NCBI RefSeq assembly: GCF_018882415.1 | Contig: NZ_JACVOL010000001.1 | Span: forward strand, 875,531 to 907,530 | DNA length: 32,000 bases | Direction: 5' to 3' | DNA from: Polynucleobacter sp. 86C-FISCH | Lineage (GTDB): Bacteria > Pseudomonadota > Gammaproteobacteria > Burkholderiales > Burkholderiaceae | In this document: positions 11,420 to 20,542 of the stretch, one piece after another | Layout: each line of letters begins with the position of its first letter | How positions within the stretch are numbered: position 1 is the first letter of the stretch | Notes under the pieces: generated by a model | Told to the model about the DNA's origin: nothing | The model's database searches: none | Seen by the model: the letters and a program-made list of their open reading frames with translations, nothing else | Translations under genes and position numbers: made by a program

Positions 11420-12838
11420 ATGGCAATTAATACTGACATTGAAGCAGTAGACGATATATTTCAAGAAGGCAAAGTAGTTGATGGATTTACTCTGGGCAAA
11501 GAGGTTCATCGCGGCGGAATGGCCAGCCTTTTTTCAGCAACTAAAGAAGGTGTTGATGTACCCATTCTGCTAAAGATTCCGCGCGTTGGTAGAGACCAGC
11601 CGGTTGAGAGCTTGATCGGCTTTGAAACCGAACTGACCATTCTGCGTTCGCTTAAAAGCCCCTATGTTCCTAAATATTTGGGCTCCGGCAATATGGCCAC
11701 ACGCCCTTATATCGCAATGGAGAGGGTTGAGGGACGACCCCTCGAGGACTACATCAAAGAAGGTAAAGTTTTTACAATCGATGAAGTTGTTCGTATCGGA
11801 GCGGATCTTGCGCAAGCGGTTCAATCACTTCATTCTCAGGATGCAATACATCTAGACATCAAGCCTGAAAATATTTTGGTTGATGATAAGGGGAAACTAA
11901 CCCTCATAGATTTTGGCTTATCGCATCATGCTCGCTATCCAGATTTGCTTGCAGAAGAAATGCGTAAAGGCGTTGGATCCGCGCCTTATATCTCTCCTGA
12001 GCAAGTAGCCGGAATTCGTTCGGATTCGCGTAGCGATATTTTTTCTATTGGCGCAATCATGTATGAATTGCTGACTGGCGAACTGCCATTTGGTAATCCG
12101 CAATCGATGAGCGGCCTACGCAGACGAATGTGGGCTGAACCGTTTCCGCCACGCGCAATTCGTAGAGAGATTCCGCGCTGGCTTCAAGAGGTAGTGTTGA
12201 GATGCCTAGAGCCTCGCGCAGCCGATCGCTACCAGAGCGCTGCTCGCTTACGACAAGTATTGCGTGACCCCGAGGGCGTAACACTTACCGAACGGGCAGA
12301 TCGCGTTGAGCCGCCTAGTTTTTGGCAAAACCTCAAGGGCATGTTCAAAGCCGCCGGCTATGAACCCTCTCCCAGTCCGCGCCCCAGTATGGGCAACTTT
12401 GATGCGCCTCTGATGATTGCTGCGATAGATACACGCCAATCAGACGAAGACTTAAGAGAGCGCATGCAAATTACCGCAAAAAACTTACTGCATGCCTATC
12501 CCGAAAGTCGATTAGTTTGCTTGAGCACCATTAGTAGCACCCCCACATTTGAGGGCAACCAAGAAAATGAAACCGCCAGCGGAATTGTGCGCGGCCATTT
12601 AGTGCAACTCATGGATTGGGCCAAACCACTGAAGCTACCGCCAGAGAGAATCTCTTATCACGTGCTAGAAGCTCTTGATCCCGCCTCACGGATTGTTGAG
12701 TTTGCTAAAGATAATGATGCATCGCTCATTCTGATTGGCGCATCACATAAGCTACCCAACAAGGTAACGCCTTGGAGAACCTCGATGACCAAGATTGTCG
12801 AAGAGGCTCCCTGCAGCGTTCATATTGTCAGAACTTAA
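11420..12838 (+). CDS. Hanks-type Ser/Thr protein kinase fused to a C-terminal universal stress protein (USP) domain
   Basis: The kinase motifs are LLKIP (catalytic Lys), HLDIKPENILV, DFGLS and APYISPEQ. The C-terminal ~150 aa read (LMIAAIDTRQSDEDL...ASLILIGASHK...APCSVHIVRT) and look like a USP alpha/beta domain. Confidence 0.88.
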   Translation: MAINTDIEAVDDIFQEGKVVDGFTLGKEVHRGGMASLFSATKEGVDVPILLKIPRVGRDQPVESLIGFETELTILRSLKSPYVPKYLGSGNMATRPYIAMERVEGRPLEDYIKEGKVFTIDEVVRIGADLAQAVQSLHSQDAIHLDIKPENILVDDKGKLTLIDFGLSHHARYPDLLAEEMRKGVGSAPYISPEQVAGIRSDSRSDIFSIGAIMYELLTGELPFGNPQSMSGLRRRMWAEPFPPRAIRREIPRWLQEVVLRCLEPRAADRYQSAARLRQVLRDPEGVTLTERADRVEPPSFWQNLKGMFKAAGYEPSPSPRPSMGNFDAPLMIAAIDTRQSDEDLRERMQITAKNLLHAYPESRLVCLSTISSTPTFEGNQENETASGIVRGHLVQLMDWAKPLKLPPERISYHVLEALDPASRIVEFAKDNDASLILIGASHKLPNKVTPWRTSMTKIVEEAPCSVHIVRT

Positions 12839-12888
12839 GATGATTTGTATTGCCTCCCCGTAGGCAGTAATTGACGGATAATGCAGGC

Positions 12889-13626
12889 ATGGAAGAAAAA
12901 GTACGCGTCTCAAAATTACTCTCCGAGCTAGGTCTATGCTCACGTCGTGAAGCAGACTCATATATTGAACAAGGTCTAGTAACGGTAGATGGGGAAGTGG
13001 TTAATGAGTTAGGGGTTCGCGCTTTTCGCCATCAAAAAATTGAGTTGCAATCTGGTGCAAAGGCACAACAAGCCTCTCGCATCACCGTGATTTTAAATAA
13101 GCCTGTTGGATATATCTCTCATTACGACGATGAACAGGAATATCAACCCGCAGCCTCTTTAATCACTCCCGAAAATTACTTTGCTAGTCCGCTAGACAAG
13201 GGTAGAAGTCCGCGCTTCAATACAAAGGGGCTAGCGCCTGCCGGAAGATTGGATATTGACTCTACTGGCATGCTGGTTTTGACTCAAGATGGCCGCATTG
13301 CCAAATTATTGATCGGTGAAAATAGCCCGATCGAAAAAGAATATTTAGTGCGTGTTGAGGGCCTTCTTTCTTTCGAAGATTTAGACCGCCTAAGACATGG
13401 CCTCTCGCTAGATGGCGTAGAGCTCAAGCCAGCACAAGTAAGTTGGCAAAACGAAGATCAGCTTCGCTTTGTTTTGCGCGAAGGTCGTAAACGCCAAATT
13501 CGTAGGATGTGTGAGATGGTAGGTCTTAAGGTGTTAGGCCTTAAGCGCGTCAGAATGGGTCGTATCTCGTTAGGCCCCCTACCTCCAGGCCAATGGCGCT
13601 ACGTAAGGCCTGAAGAGCAATTCTAA
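12889..13626 (+). CDS. RsuA/RluB/RluF-family rRNA pseudouridine synthase with N-terminal S4 domain
   Basis: It has an S4 domain (RVSKLLSELGLCSRREADSYIEQGLVTVDG) and the catalytic motif GRLDIDSTGMLVLTQDG. I prefer the ATG at 12889. The track ORF opens at an in-frame TTG at 12871. Confidence 0.88.
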   Translation: MEEKVRVSKLLSELGLCSRREADSYIEQGLVTVDGEVVNELGVRAFRHQKIELQSGAKAQQASRITVILNKPVGYISHYDDEQEYQPAASLITPENYFASPLDKGRSPRFNTKGLAPAGRLDIDSTGMLVLTQDGRIAKLLIGENSPIEKEYLVRVEGLLSFEDLDRLRHGLSLDGVELKPAQVSWQNEDQLRFVLREGRKRQIRRMCEMVGLKVLGLKRVRMGRISLGPLPPGQWRYVRPEEQF

Positions 13627-13662
13627 AGCCCCGCGCCCGCTTATAATTGCGACCAAACTTAG

Positions 13663-15312
13663 ATTAACTGGCGCAAAATTACCATCGAAACCTCCACCAC
13701 CAGCACGCCAGGCGCAGAAGTACTTAGACGCCGCAGCTTTGCCATCATCTCTCACCCAGATGCGGGTAAAACTACGCTTACTGAAAAATTGCTGCTCTAT
13801 GCGGGTGCCATTCAAATTGCTGGCAGCGTTAAAGCCCGTAAAGCAAGTCGACATGCAACCTCCGACTGGATGGAGATTGAAAAGCAACGGGGTATTTCCG
13901 TAGCAAGTTCTGTGATGCAGATGGAATATCGTGATTGCATCATTAACTTGTTAGATACTCCAGGTCACCAAGATTTCTCAGAAGACACTTACCGAGTATT
14001 AACTGCAGTTGACTCTGCTCTCATGGTGATTGATGCCGCTAATGGCGTTGAATCACAAACATTACGCTTGCTGGAAGTATGCCGCGCACGCAATACGCCT
14101 ATTGTCACCTTCATCAACAAGATGGACCGTGAGGTAAAACCACCAATGGAACTCATGGACGAGATCGAAACTGCTCTCGGCATTGAAGTGGTTCCATTTA
14201 CTTGGCCAGTTGGCATGGGTAAATCTTTTGCTGGTGTGATTGACATTGCCAATATGCGGATGCGCATGTTCAAAGCGGGCGAAGATCGCGTTACCGAAGA
14301 CTCCCATGCGGTGGTTGATGTGAATGATCCGGCCCTTAAAGAGCGCCTAGGTGCTGATCTAGAGAATGCTTTGGCTGAAGTCGCGCTTATTAAAGAAGCG
14401 ATGCCTGCATTTGATTTGGAAGCCTTTTTGGCAGGGCGTCAGTCTCCAGTCTTCTTTGGATCCGCAATCAATAACTTCGGCGTGCGCGAGATTCTGAACA
14501 CACTAGTTGAATTAGCGCCTTCGCCAGGTTCACGCAAAGCATTGCAGCGCGAAGTGAGTCCCGCAGAAAACAAATTCTCAGCAGTGGTCTTTAAGATTCA
14601 GGCCAACATGGATCCGGCACATCGCGACCGAGTGGCATTTTTAAGAATCTGCTCTGGTCATTTTCAGCGCGGCATGAAGCTCAAGATATGTCGTAATGGC
14701 AAAGAGGTGCGTACCAATAATGCGCTTTCCTTCTTGTCACAACGACGCGATATTTTGGATGAAGCTTTTCCTGGCGACATTATTGGCTTACCTAATCATG
14801 GCTTGCTTCGTCTTGGTGACACATTAACCGAAGGCGAACAGCTTCAGTTCACCGGCCTGCCATTTTTTGCGCCTGAAATTTTCCGCATGGTTGAGTCTGC
14901 AGATCCACTGCGTTCAAAACAATTGCGAACTGGACTGATGCAATTAGGCGAAGAAGGTGCTATTCAAGTCTTTAGACCAATGGCCGGTGGCACGATGCTG
15001 CTGGGTGCATTTGGCCAGCTCCAGTTTGAAGTGGTTAGTCACCGACTCCAAACTGAATATGGCGCATAGGTGCGTCTATTACCAGCTCGCTACAGCCTGG
15101 CGCGGTGGGTAAGCTCAGACGACCCTGTTGCGCTAAAGAAATTTACCCAAGAAAACATTCATCGTATGGCCGAAGATGTTGTAGGTGCATCCGTTTTCCT
15201 GGCATCGCATAAATCGGAATTAGACGTTGCTCAACAACGCTGGGAATCAATTCAATTCCACGCACTGAGAGAGCATGCCGGTCTAATTTATCAATCAGAT
15301 TTAGCAGGCTAA
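13663..15312 (+). pseudogene. prfC: Peptide chain release factor 3 (prfC), interrupted by an in-frame TAG at 15067-15069 and lacking a canonical start codon upstream of its P-loop
   Basis: The frame is open from 13663. It encodes ...[43 protein letters not shown]... (G1 motif at about 13741-13776), DTPGHQDF and NKMD. After the TAG the same frame continues with conserved RF3 C-terminal sequence (VRLLPARYSLARWV...FHALREH) to 15312. It may be a pseudogene, a sequencing error or a readthrough gene. Confidence 0.85.
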
Positions 15313-15334
15313 ACCAGTCAACCGCTTCAATAAA

Positions 15335-15580
15335 TTAACGCGGCGCCTTGCAATCAAACACAGCAACCAACTGAGTATCACTGCTTCTGAATGAAGCCGT
15401 CTTGCCGTATTGGGCACAATACGCATTTGCCTTTTTTGTTAACTGCTCAATCGATTCTCCGCTACTATTTAAGAAAGTAACGTGATTGGAGTCAGAAGCA
15501 TCGGTACACACCGCGGCACAAGCGCTCAATATAAATATGCAGCTTACGCCAACGATGAAATTTTTTAGTAATGTGTTCAT
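15335..15580 (-). CDS. Small putative lipoprotein
   Basis: An 81-aa ORF with a signal peptide and a lipobox-like ILSAC. Its ATG directly abuts the stop of the upstream DUF2798 gene. Confidence 0.6.
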   Translation of the reverse strand: MNTLLKNFIVGVSCIFILSACAAVCTDASDSNHVTFLNSSGESIEQLTKKANAYCAQYGKTASFRSSDTQLVAVFDCKAPR

Positions 15581-15811
15581 TTAGAGTTCGCTCAGCTTTT
15601 GTAGAATCTTTCCAGTAATTTTGCTGGCAGCTGGTCTATAAATCAAAATACAGACAATCGCTACCGGATAGGCCACCACCCAAACCTCAAGCCATAGCCA
15701 AAAGAAATTTTCTGCTGGGCCAACTCGCACAAAAGTAGTGGCAAGCGTAATGCTCAGAGACATTAAGAAGCCCATTACAAGGGCGAAAACTAAACTGGGT
15801 AAATTCATCAT
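15581..15811 (-). CDS. DUF2798-like two-TM membrane protein
   Basis: A 76-aa ORF with two TM helices. The pattern LMSLSITLATTFVRVG...FFWLWLEVWVVAYPVA matches my recollection of DUF2798. Confidence 0.65.
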   Translation of the reverse strand: MMNLPSLVFALVMGFLMSLSITLATTFVRVGPAENFFWLWLEVWVVAYPVAIVCILIYRPAASKITGKILQKLSEL

Positions 15812-15936
15812 GGATACATCATAGCTTCTGCAGGTGTTAACTGTTATTCTGGACTGTGATCACTATTGTGCGCCCTAGATAGGGGAATCTCTGAAGCAAG
15901 CCTTGAGATTCATCATTCCATTACTCTAGGAAATTT

Positions 15937-16119
15937 ATGGCTGTAGGCCAAAATCAAAGAACCAGAAAAAACGACTCTATGCTTACCAAAACTGGTAAAG
16001 CGCGCTTAGGGCCCCTTAACTCAACACAGCTTACTAAGTTATTAGAAACAAGCACAAAACCAAAAGAGAAAAGCAAAATATTGCGAGCTCTTAGCAAACA
16101 TAAAGTTGTAGTTGCGTAA
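15937..16119 (+). CDS. Small basic hypothetical protein (60 aa)
   Basis: AGGAAA lies upstream of the ATG and the product is Lys/Arg-rich. A strong terminator immediately follows, so this looks like a discrete transcription unit. Confidence 0.5.
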   Translation: MAVGQNQRTRKNDSMLTKTGKARLGPLNSTQLTKLLETSTKPKEKSKILRALSKHKVVVA

Positions 16120-16121
16120 TT

Positions 16122-16149
16122 AAAAAGCCCCGCTAATCGGGGCTTTTTA
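16122..16149. terminator. Bidirectional rho-independent terminator
   Basis: The hairpin AGCCCCG-CTAAT-CGGGGCT is flanked by an A-run and a T-run. It sits between convergent genes. Confidence 0.85.
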
Positions 16150-16185
16150 ATTTCATCATCATCTAAAAATTAAACGCAAAATTCA

Positions 16186-17064
16186 TTACGCCCTTCTCAC
16201 CAACATCCTCTTTCCCAGTATGACTGTAGAGACCACCAAAACTGCAAAGATTAAATTCATGACTGTGAGCGAATCTCCAAGCAAAATACTGGCTGCCACT
16301 AAAGTACAAAACGGTTGAATTAGCTGCACTTGGCTGACCCTTGCAATGCCGCCAATTGCAAGACCTTCATACCAAAAGAAGAACCCAAGAAACATGGGAA
16401 ATAGGCTGAGATAAACAAAGCTGGTCCAAGCCACTGTGCCTGCGTATATATATTCTGGGTTATATGTCAGCCATGTCATCACCAGATTTAGCGGCAATGA
16501 AATTACCAATGCCCATGAAATTACTGCGCGTGGGTTCATCTTTCTTGATAACTCGCCGCCCTCTACATAGCCAATGCATGCACTGATGCCACCCAAGACT
16601 AACAGTCCATCAATATAGGTAAAGCTTCCCGAACTCTTGAGCAAGACATATAAAACAACCAAGCCAGCCCCCAACAGAGACACCAGCCAAAAACCCAATG
16701 AGGGTCTCTCCTTAAAACGCAGAACCCCAATCACCGTTGTAGCAAGCGGCATCATTCCTAAAATAACGGCGCCATGAGAGGAGGAGCCTTGGGTCATTGC
16801 AACAGTAGTAAATATGGGAAATCCAAATACAACTCCTAAAGCTATTACTACAAACTTTACAAAATCGACCTTGGAAGGCATTTCCTCTTTTTTATAGGAA
16901 AGATAGGCGAGCGCGACGAGCCCTGCCAAACTCGCCCTACCAAAGGCTATGAAATAAGGGTTGAAGCTTAAAACTGCAATTTTGCTAACTGGCAGCGTTA
17001 AGCTAAAAATCAGAATGCCAATAAAGCCAATCAACATTCCTTTGGTTTCTTTGTTCACCATCAC
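16186..17064 (-). CDS. DMT superfamily (EamA-like) transporter
   Basis: A 292-aa ORF with about 10 TM helices and the two-repeat EamA architecture. Confidence 0.85.
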   Translation of the reverse strand: MMVNKETKGMLIGFIGILIFSLTLPVSKIAVLSFNPYFIAFGRASLAGLVALAYLSYKKEEMPSKVDFVKFVVIALGVVFGFPIFTTVAMTQGSSSHGAVILGMMPLATTVIGVLRFKERPSLGFWLVSLLGAGLVVLYVLLKSSGSFTYIDGLLVLGGISACIGYVEGGELSRKMNPRAVISWALVISLPLNLVMTWLTYNPEYIYAGTVAWTSFVYLSLFPMFLGFFFWYEGLAIGGIARVSQVQLIQPFCTLVAASILLGDSLTVMNLIFAVLVVSTVILGKRMLVRRA

Positions 17065-17135
17065 CCTTTTTCTTGTATTGAATTAATTGTATTAACAATC
17101 GACCGCAGGTGGGCTGTAATATTCAACTACTGCCT

Positions 17136-17639
17136 ATGAAATTCAACGCCCGTATACAAGCTATTTATCTTGCGAACTCCGCTGGAGTAAAGATGCAATC
17201 TGCTCACTCCGCCAAACTCAATGCCGGCATGGGTATTGAAGGAGACCGCTATGCCATGGGTACTGGCGCATATTCTGCAACGGAGCCTGCTAAGGTACGC
17301 CACATCAGCTTAATTAGCCTATCAGGCATTGAAACAGCAAATGAGTGGCTAAAAGCTGGCGATGAGCCCACTTTTGATGCTGCAGAAACACGCCGAAATA
17401 TCGCACTTGAGGACATCACTGCAGCTGAGCTCAATAACCTAGTTGGAAAGCGATTTCAGTTGGGGAGCATTCAAATGCTGGGTACTGAACTTTGCACTCC
17501 GTGCGAAAGACCCGCTCAACTACTCAGCAGACCAAGCTTCATGGATGCATTTGAAGGACGCGGAGGGATTCGTGCTGAGGTTTTGAGCTCTGGAATCTTA
17601 ACTATAGGTGATCAGCTATCCACAGAGAAAGAAAAATGA
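17136..17639 (+). CDS. MOSC domain-containing protein
   Basis: It carries GIEGDRY and a C-terminal conserved Cys region (TELCTPCERP). I prefer the ATG at 17136 (MKFNARIQ...) over the GTG at 17109. Confidence 0.8.
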   Translation: MKFNARIQAIYLANSAGVKMQSAHSAKLNAGMGIEGDRYAMGTGAYSATEPAKVRHISLISLSGIETANEWLKAGDEPTFDAAETRRNIALEDITAAELNNLVGKRFQLGSIQMLGTELCTPCERPAQLLSRPSFMDAFEGRGGIRAEVLSSGILTIGDQLSTEKEK

Positions 17640-18034
17640 TTGAATACCGCGACAACGCTACTGTTACTGCTGAGCAAGCGATAGATCTTTACAAACGCTC
17701 AACTCTTGGAGAGCGTCGCCCCATTCACAACGTACAAACCTTTGAGGCCATGCTCAAAAATGCCAACCTTACAGTTACCGCATGGGATGGCGAAACTTTA
17801 GTAGGCATTTCTAGGTCCTTAACTGACTTTGCTTACGTGGCATACCTTGCAGACTTAGCGGTGGATCAAGAATATCAACGCTCAGGAATTGGCAAGCAAT
17901 TGATTGAAGAAACCAAATCTCGACTTGGCCCTGAATGCATGATTGTTCTGTTAGCTGCACCCAAGGCAAACGAATACTACGAGCACATTGGCTTTGAACA
18001 TAATCCGCGCGCCTGGACTCTAAAAAACAATTAA
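17636..18034 (+). CDS. GNAT family N-acetyltransferase
   Basis: A 132-aa ORF with the acetyl-CoA binding motif QEYQRSGIGKQLIEE. It has a 4-nt overlap with the MOSC gene. Confidence 0.85.
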   Translation: MIEYRDNATVTAEQAIDLYKRSTLGERRPIHNVQTFEAMLKNANLTVTAWDGETLVGISRSLTDFAYVAYLADLAVDQEYQRSGIGKQLIEETKSRLGPECMIVLLAAPKANEYYEHIGFEHNPRAWTLKNN

Positions 18035-18051
18035 GTCTTTATCATTGCGGC

Positions 18052-18696
18052 ATGACCATTACTCGATTTTGTTTAGTTCGCCACGGCGAGACAGACTGGA
18101 ATGCCGAGCGCCGCCTTCAAGGCCATACAGATATAGATCTGAATGCTCGGGGCTTGGCGCAAGCTGAGCAAATGGCACGCGCCATCAAAAGAATTAATCT
18201 TGCATTTGATGTTTTATATACAAGCGATCTCCAGCGGGCCGCCAAGACTGCAAAAGCAATTGAAGAGTTATTTGCTACATCCGCCGTTGCCAACGCAGGG
18301 CTTAGGGAGCGACACCTTGGAGCGCTACAGGGGCTTACTACCGATGAAGCGCCTCAGCTTGAACCGGAACTTTGGAGATCTCACCTGAGCAGAAATGTTA
18401 CTGAGGAACTGCGCGGCGGAGAAAGCATTCAGCAATTTGCAGATCGCATCAACACTACTCTCGAGAAAATCCGCGAACAATATCTTGGAAAAACAGTTTT
18501 ATTAGTAAGCCATGGCGGCGCATTAGACATGATGTACAGAATTGCAAGTAATCAAGCCTTAGATGCTGAAAAAGCTGTTGCCGTACCTAATGCCTCTCTC
18601 AACTGGATCAGCCATGATGGGTATTCATGGAAAGTAGATGGCTGGGCCGATACTAGCCATCTAGAAAATTTAGCACTAGACAATTTAGATCTATAA
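18052..18696 (+). CDS. Histidine phosphatase (phosphoglycerate mutase) family protein
   Basis: The RHGETDWN motif is followed by RLQGHTD, and SHGG lies further on. The ORF is 214 aa. Confidence 0.88.
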   Translation: MTITRFCLVRHGETDWNAERRLQGHTDIDLNARGLAQAEQMARAIKRINLAFDVLYTSDLQRAAKTAKAIEELFATSAVANAGLRERHLGALQGLTTDEAPQLEPELWRSHLSRNVTEELRGGESIQQFADRINTTLEKIREQYLGKTVLLVSHGGALDMMYRIASNQALDAEKAVAVPNASLNWISHDGYSWKVDGWADTSHLENLALDNLDL

Positions 18697-18723
18697 AGAC
18701 TAAAAAATCTGGTCCTTTTAATT

Positions 18724-18749
18724 AATAAGCCACCCTGGGGTGGCTTATT
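18724..18749. terminator. Bidirectional terminator hairpin
   Basis: AATAAGCCACCC-TG-GGGTGGCTTATT is a 12-bp inverted repeat between convergent genes. Confidence 0.75.
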
Positions 18750-18759
18750 AATTTTGCGC

Positions 18760-18951
18760 TTACTTGGCGTGCTGTAATTTATTTTGATCTGATACACAAA
18801 AATCAACGATTACATCTGCAAAGCTTAAGTAACGAGAATTGCTTTTTCTGAAGCGATCGATTTCTGCAGCCAGTGGCGAAGCAACGCCTTTAAAGCCAGC
18901 ATCTTCGTAGCCAGGGTGATATGGAGCCTCTTCAACAAATTTGTTTGTCAT
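18760..18951 (-). CDS. Orphan 63-aa protein downstream of the glycine riboswitch
   Basis: It is the only ORF between the riboswitch and the terminator at 18724-18749. The sequence TAAGGTAAATGT precedes the ATG. I recognise no family. Confidence 0.55.
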   Translation of the reverse strand: MTNKFVEEAPYHPGYEDAGFKGVASPLAAEIDRFRKSNSRYLSFADVIVDFCVSDQNKLQHAK

Positions 18952-19124
18952 ACATTTACCTTAATAAGTTAGCGCCCAAAAATAAAAATTGATTTTGGGA
19001 AATATCGATGATTTAAATACCGCATTTGCGGCACAAAATAATTGGCGAACTATTCGATCAGAATGTGCATAGAGACTCTCCCAAAGCGGACCATCGCTCA
19101 CGGACTATTGCCGCGCTGACGGAT

Positions 19125-19316
19125 GCCGCTCCCCCTGTCCTTGATACCTGAGAGATTCACCCTAAGCGTAGCTTAGGGCTTGCTCCTTCGGTGCACCATA
19201 AAAATGGTGGCTCTCCAGACGGCTATTTAGGATAAGCAGTACCTTCCTGGTGGATACCTGAGCGTTCATGGGAGTTTGCGCCTTCGGTGGAGGGAGACCC
19301 CTCACTCTCCTGCTTA
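19125..19316 (-). promoter_or_regulatory. Tandem glycine riboswitch (two aptamers)
   Basis: These are minus-strand reads. Aptamer 1 is AAGCAG-GAGAG...CACCGAAGGCGCAA...CTCAGGTATCC...GGTACTGCTT, with P1 formed by AAGCAG/CTGCTT. Aptamer 2 is CTGGAGAG-CCACC..GGTG-CACCGAAGGAGCAA-GCCCTAAGC..GCTTAGGGT-GAATCTCTCAGGTATCAAGGACAG. Both match the conserved cores of the glycine riboswitch family (Rfam RF00504, from memory). Confidence 0.85.
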
Positions 19317-19321
19317 TGAAA

Positions 19322-19348
19322 ATTATAACCGAATGATAGTTTTATCAA
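19322..19348 (-). promoter_or_regulatory. Putative sigma70 promoter for the riboswitch transcript
   Basis: On the minus strand a perfect TATAAT (19327-19322) lies a few nt upstream of riboswitch P1. TTGATA (19348-19343) lies about 15 nt further upstream. Confidence 0.5.
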
Positions 19349-19372
19349 ACTAGTGATTTGTACCAATACGCA

Positions 19373-19783
19373 CTAAAAAGACATCGCCAGAACCCAGACC
19401 CAGAGAGCCCAACCCAGGTTGAGTGCCGCCAAAGTAATGAGTGTCCCGAAAGTAAATTTCATCCCTAAAACACGACTACTAAAATTGGGCGGCGGCTCAT
19501 TAATGCCTTTGGCATGAATTAAGCGCCCAATGATTAAAGCGATGCCGGGAAGAATAACGAGCCACCAAGGGGCGCCATTTAACTCAAGACAAGCAATCAA
19601 AATGAGTCCAATTGGCACATACTCAGCAAAGTTACCTTGAGCACGAATAGCTCTTTCTAGATCGTCATATCCTCCGCTTCCTAGACCAACCTTATTTTTT
19701 CTTCTAAGTCCAATTACTGCAAAAGAAAGCTTTACGAAAATAATAGTCAAGATTGCGGCAATAATTGAAGTCATCAGCAACAT
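19373..19783 (-). CDS. MAPEG family membrane protein
   Basis: A 136-aa ORF with 3-4 TM helices. The RAQGNFAEYVP motif is typical of MAPEG/YecN-like proteins. Confidence 0.8.
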   Translation of the reverse strand: MLLMTSIIAAILTIIFVKLSFAVIGLRRKNKVGLGSGGYDDLERAIRAQGNFAEYVPIGLILIACLELNGAPWWLVILPGIALIIGRLIHAKGINEPPPNFSSRVLGMKFTFGTLITLAALNLGWALWVWVLAMSF

Positions 19784-19793
19784 GCATTTCTCC

Positions 19794-20477
19794 TTAAATA
19801 ACTTCTAAAACTTTGCTTAAAGAAATTCCTTCATAGTTTGGTTTTTCACCAATCTCTTCAAATGGATGGCCAAGGCGATTGACCCAAAACACATCAAATC
19901 CATACCATTTCGCTGCTAGCGCATCCCAGGCATTGCTTGAGACAAACAAGGTCTCTTCTTTCTTTACTGGAAAAGCTTTTAATAAAAGTTCGTAGGCCTG
20001 TGGCGCTGTTTTAAACAATCGCACATCCTCTATCGTGACAACCTTATCCAGGTATGGCGCTAGGCCATTACTTTCGACCACTGTTGCCAACATCTCTCTA
20101 CTACCGTTAGACAAAATTGCGGTGGAAATTCCCATATCCTTAATCGTTTTAAGAACGCTTAAGCTGTCGTTAAAGCCAGTGAGCTTGGCATACTGATCCA
20201 TGAGTTGCTTCTCATATTCTGCTGTGAGATTTAGTTCCATGCGCTTACAAACATAGCGAAGCGAACGAATTGTTAATTCCCAGAATGGCAGATAGTGTTT
20301 GCTTCCACCCGGATTAGGATCGCTCATCGTAACTAGGCTGGTATATTCAATTTGACGATCGCGCCACATTAAAGCAAAAGCCTCTCCATGGCCCGGAAAT
20401 AACTCTTCCGCCAACTGGCCCATCGAATACACATCAAATAATGTTCCATAGGCATCAAAGGCTATGAGCTTATACAT
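19794..20477 (-). CDS. Haloacid dehalogenase type II (HAD superfamily)
   Basis: The N-terminal nucleophile motif is FDAYGTLFDV. The LSNGS and SSNAWD motifs follow. The ORF is 227 aa. Confidence 0.88.
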   Translation of the reverse strand: MYKLIAFDAYGTLFDVYSMGQLAEELFPGHGEAFALMWRDRQIEYTSLVTMSDPNPGGSKHYLPFWELTIRSLRYVCKRMELNLTAEYEKQLMDQYAKLTGFNDSLSVLKTIKDMGISTAILSNGSREMLATVVESNGLAPYLDKVVTIEDVRLFKTAPQAYELLLKAFPVKKEETLFVSSNAWDALAAKWYGFDVFWVNRLGHPFEEIGEKPNYEGISLSKVLEVI

Positions 20478-20542
20478 GCTGTCTCCTACTTTTTATTGTG
20501 CGTTTCTATTGTCGCTTAAAAGCCATCTTCAAATATCTCGGG

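Noticed and set aside
13789-13791. The TTG at 13789 as the prfC start, as implied by the ORF track.
   Set aside because: The conserved [21 protein letters not shown] block, which is the GTPase P-loop, is encoded in the same frame upstream of it. This start would delete an essential motif.
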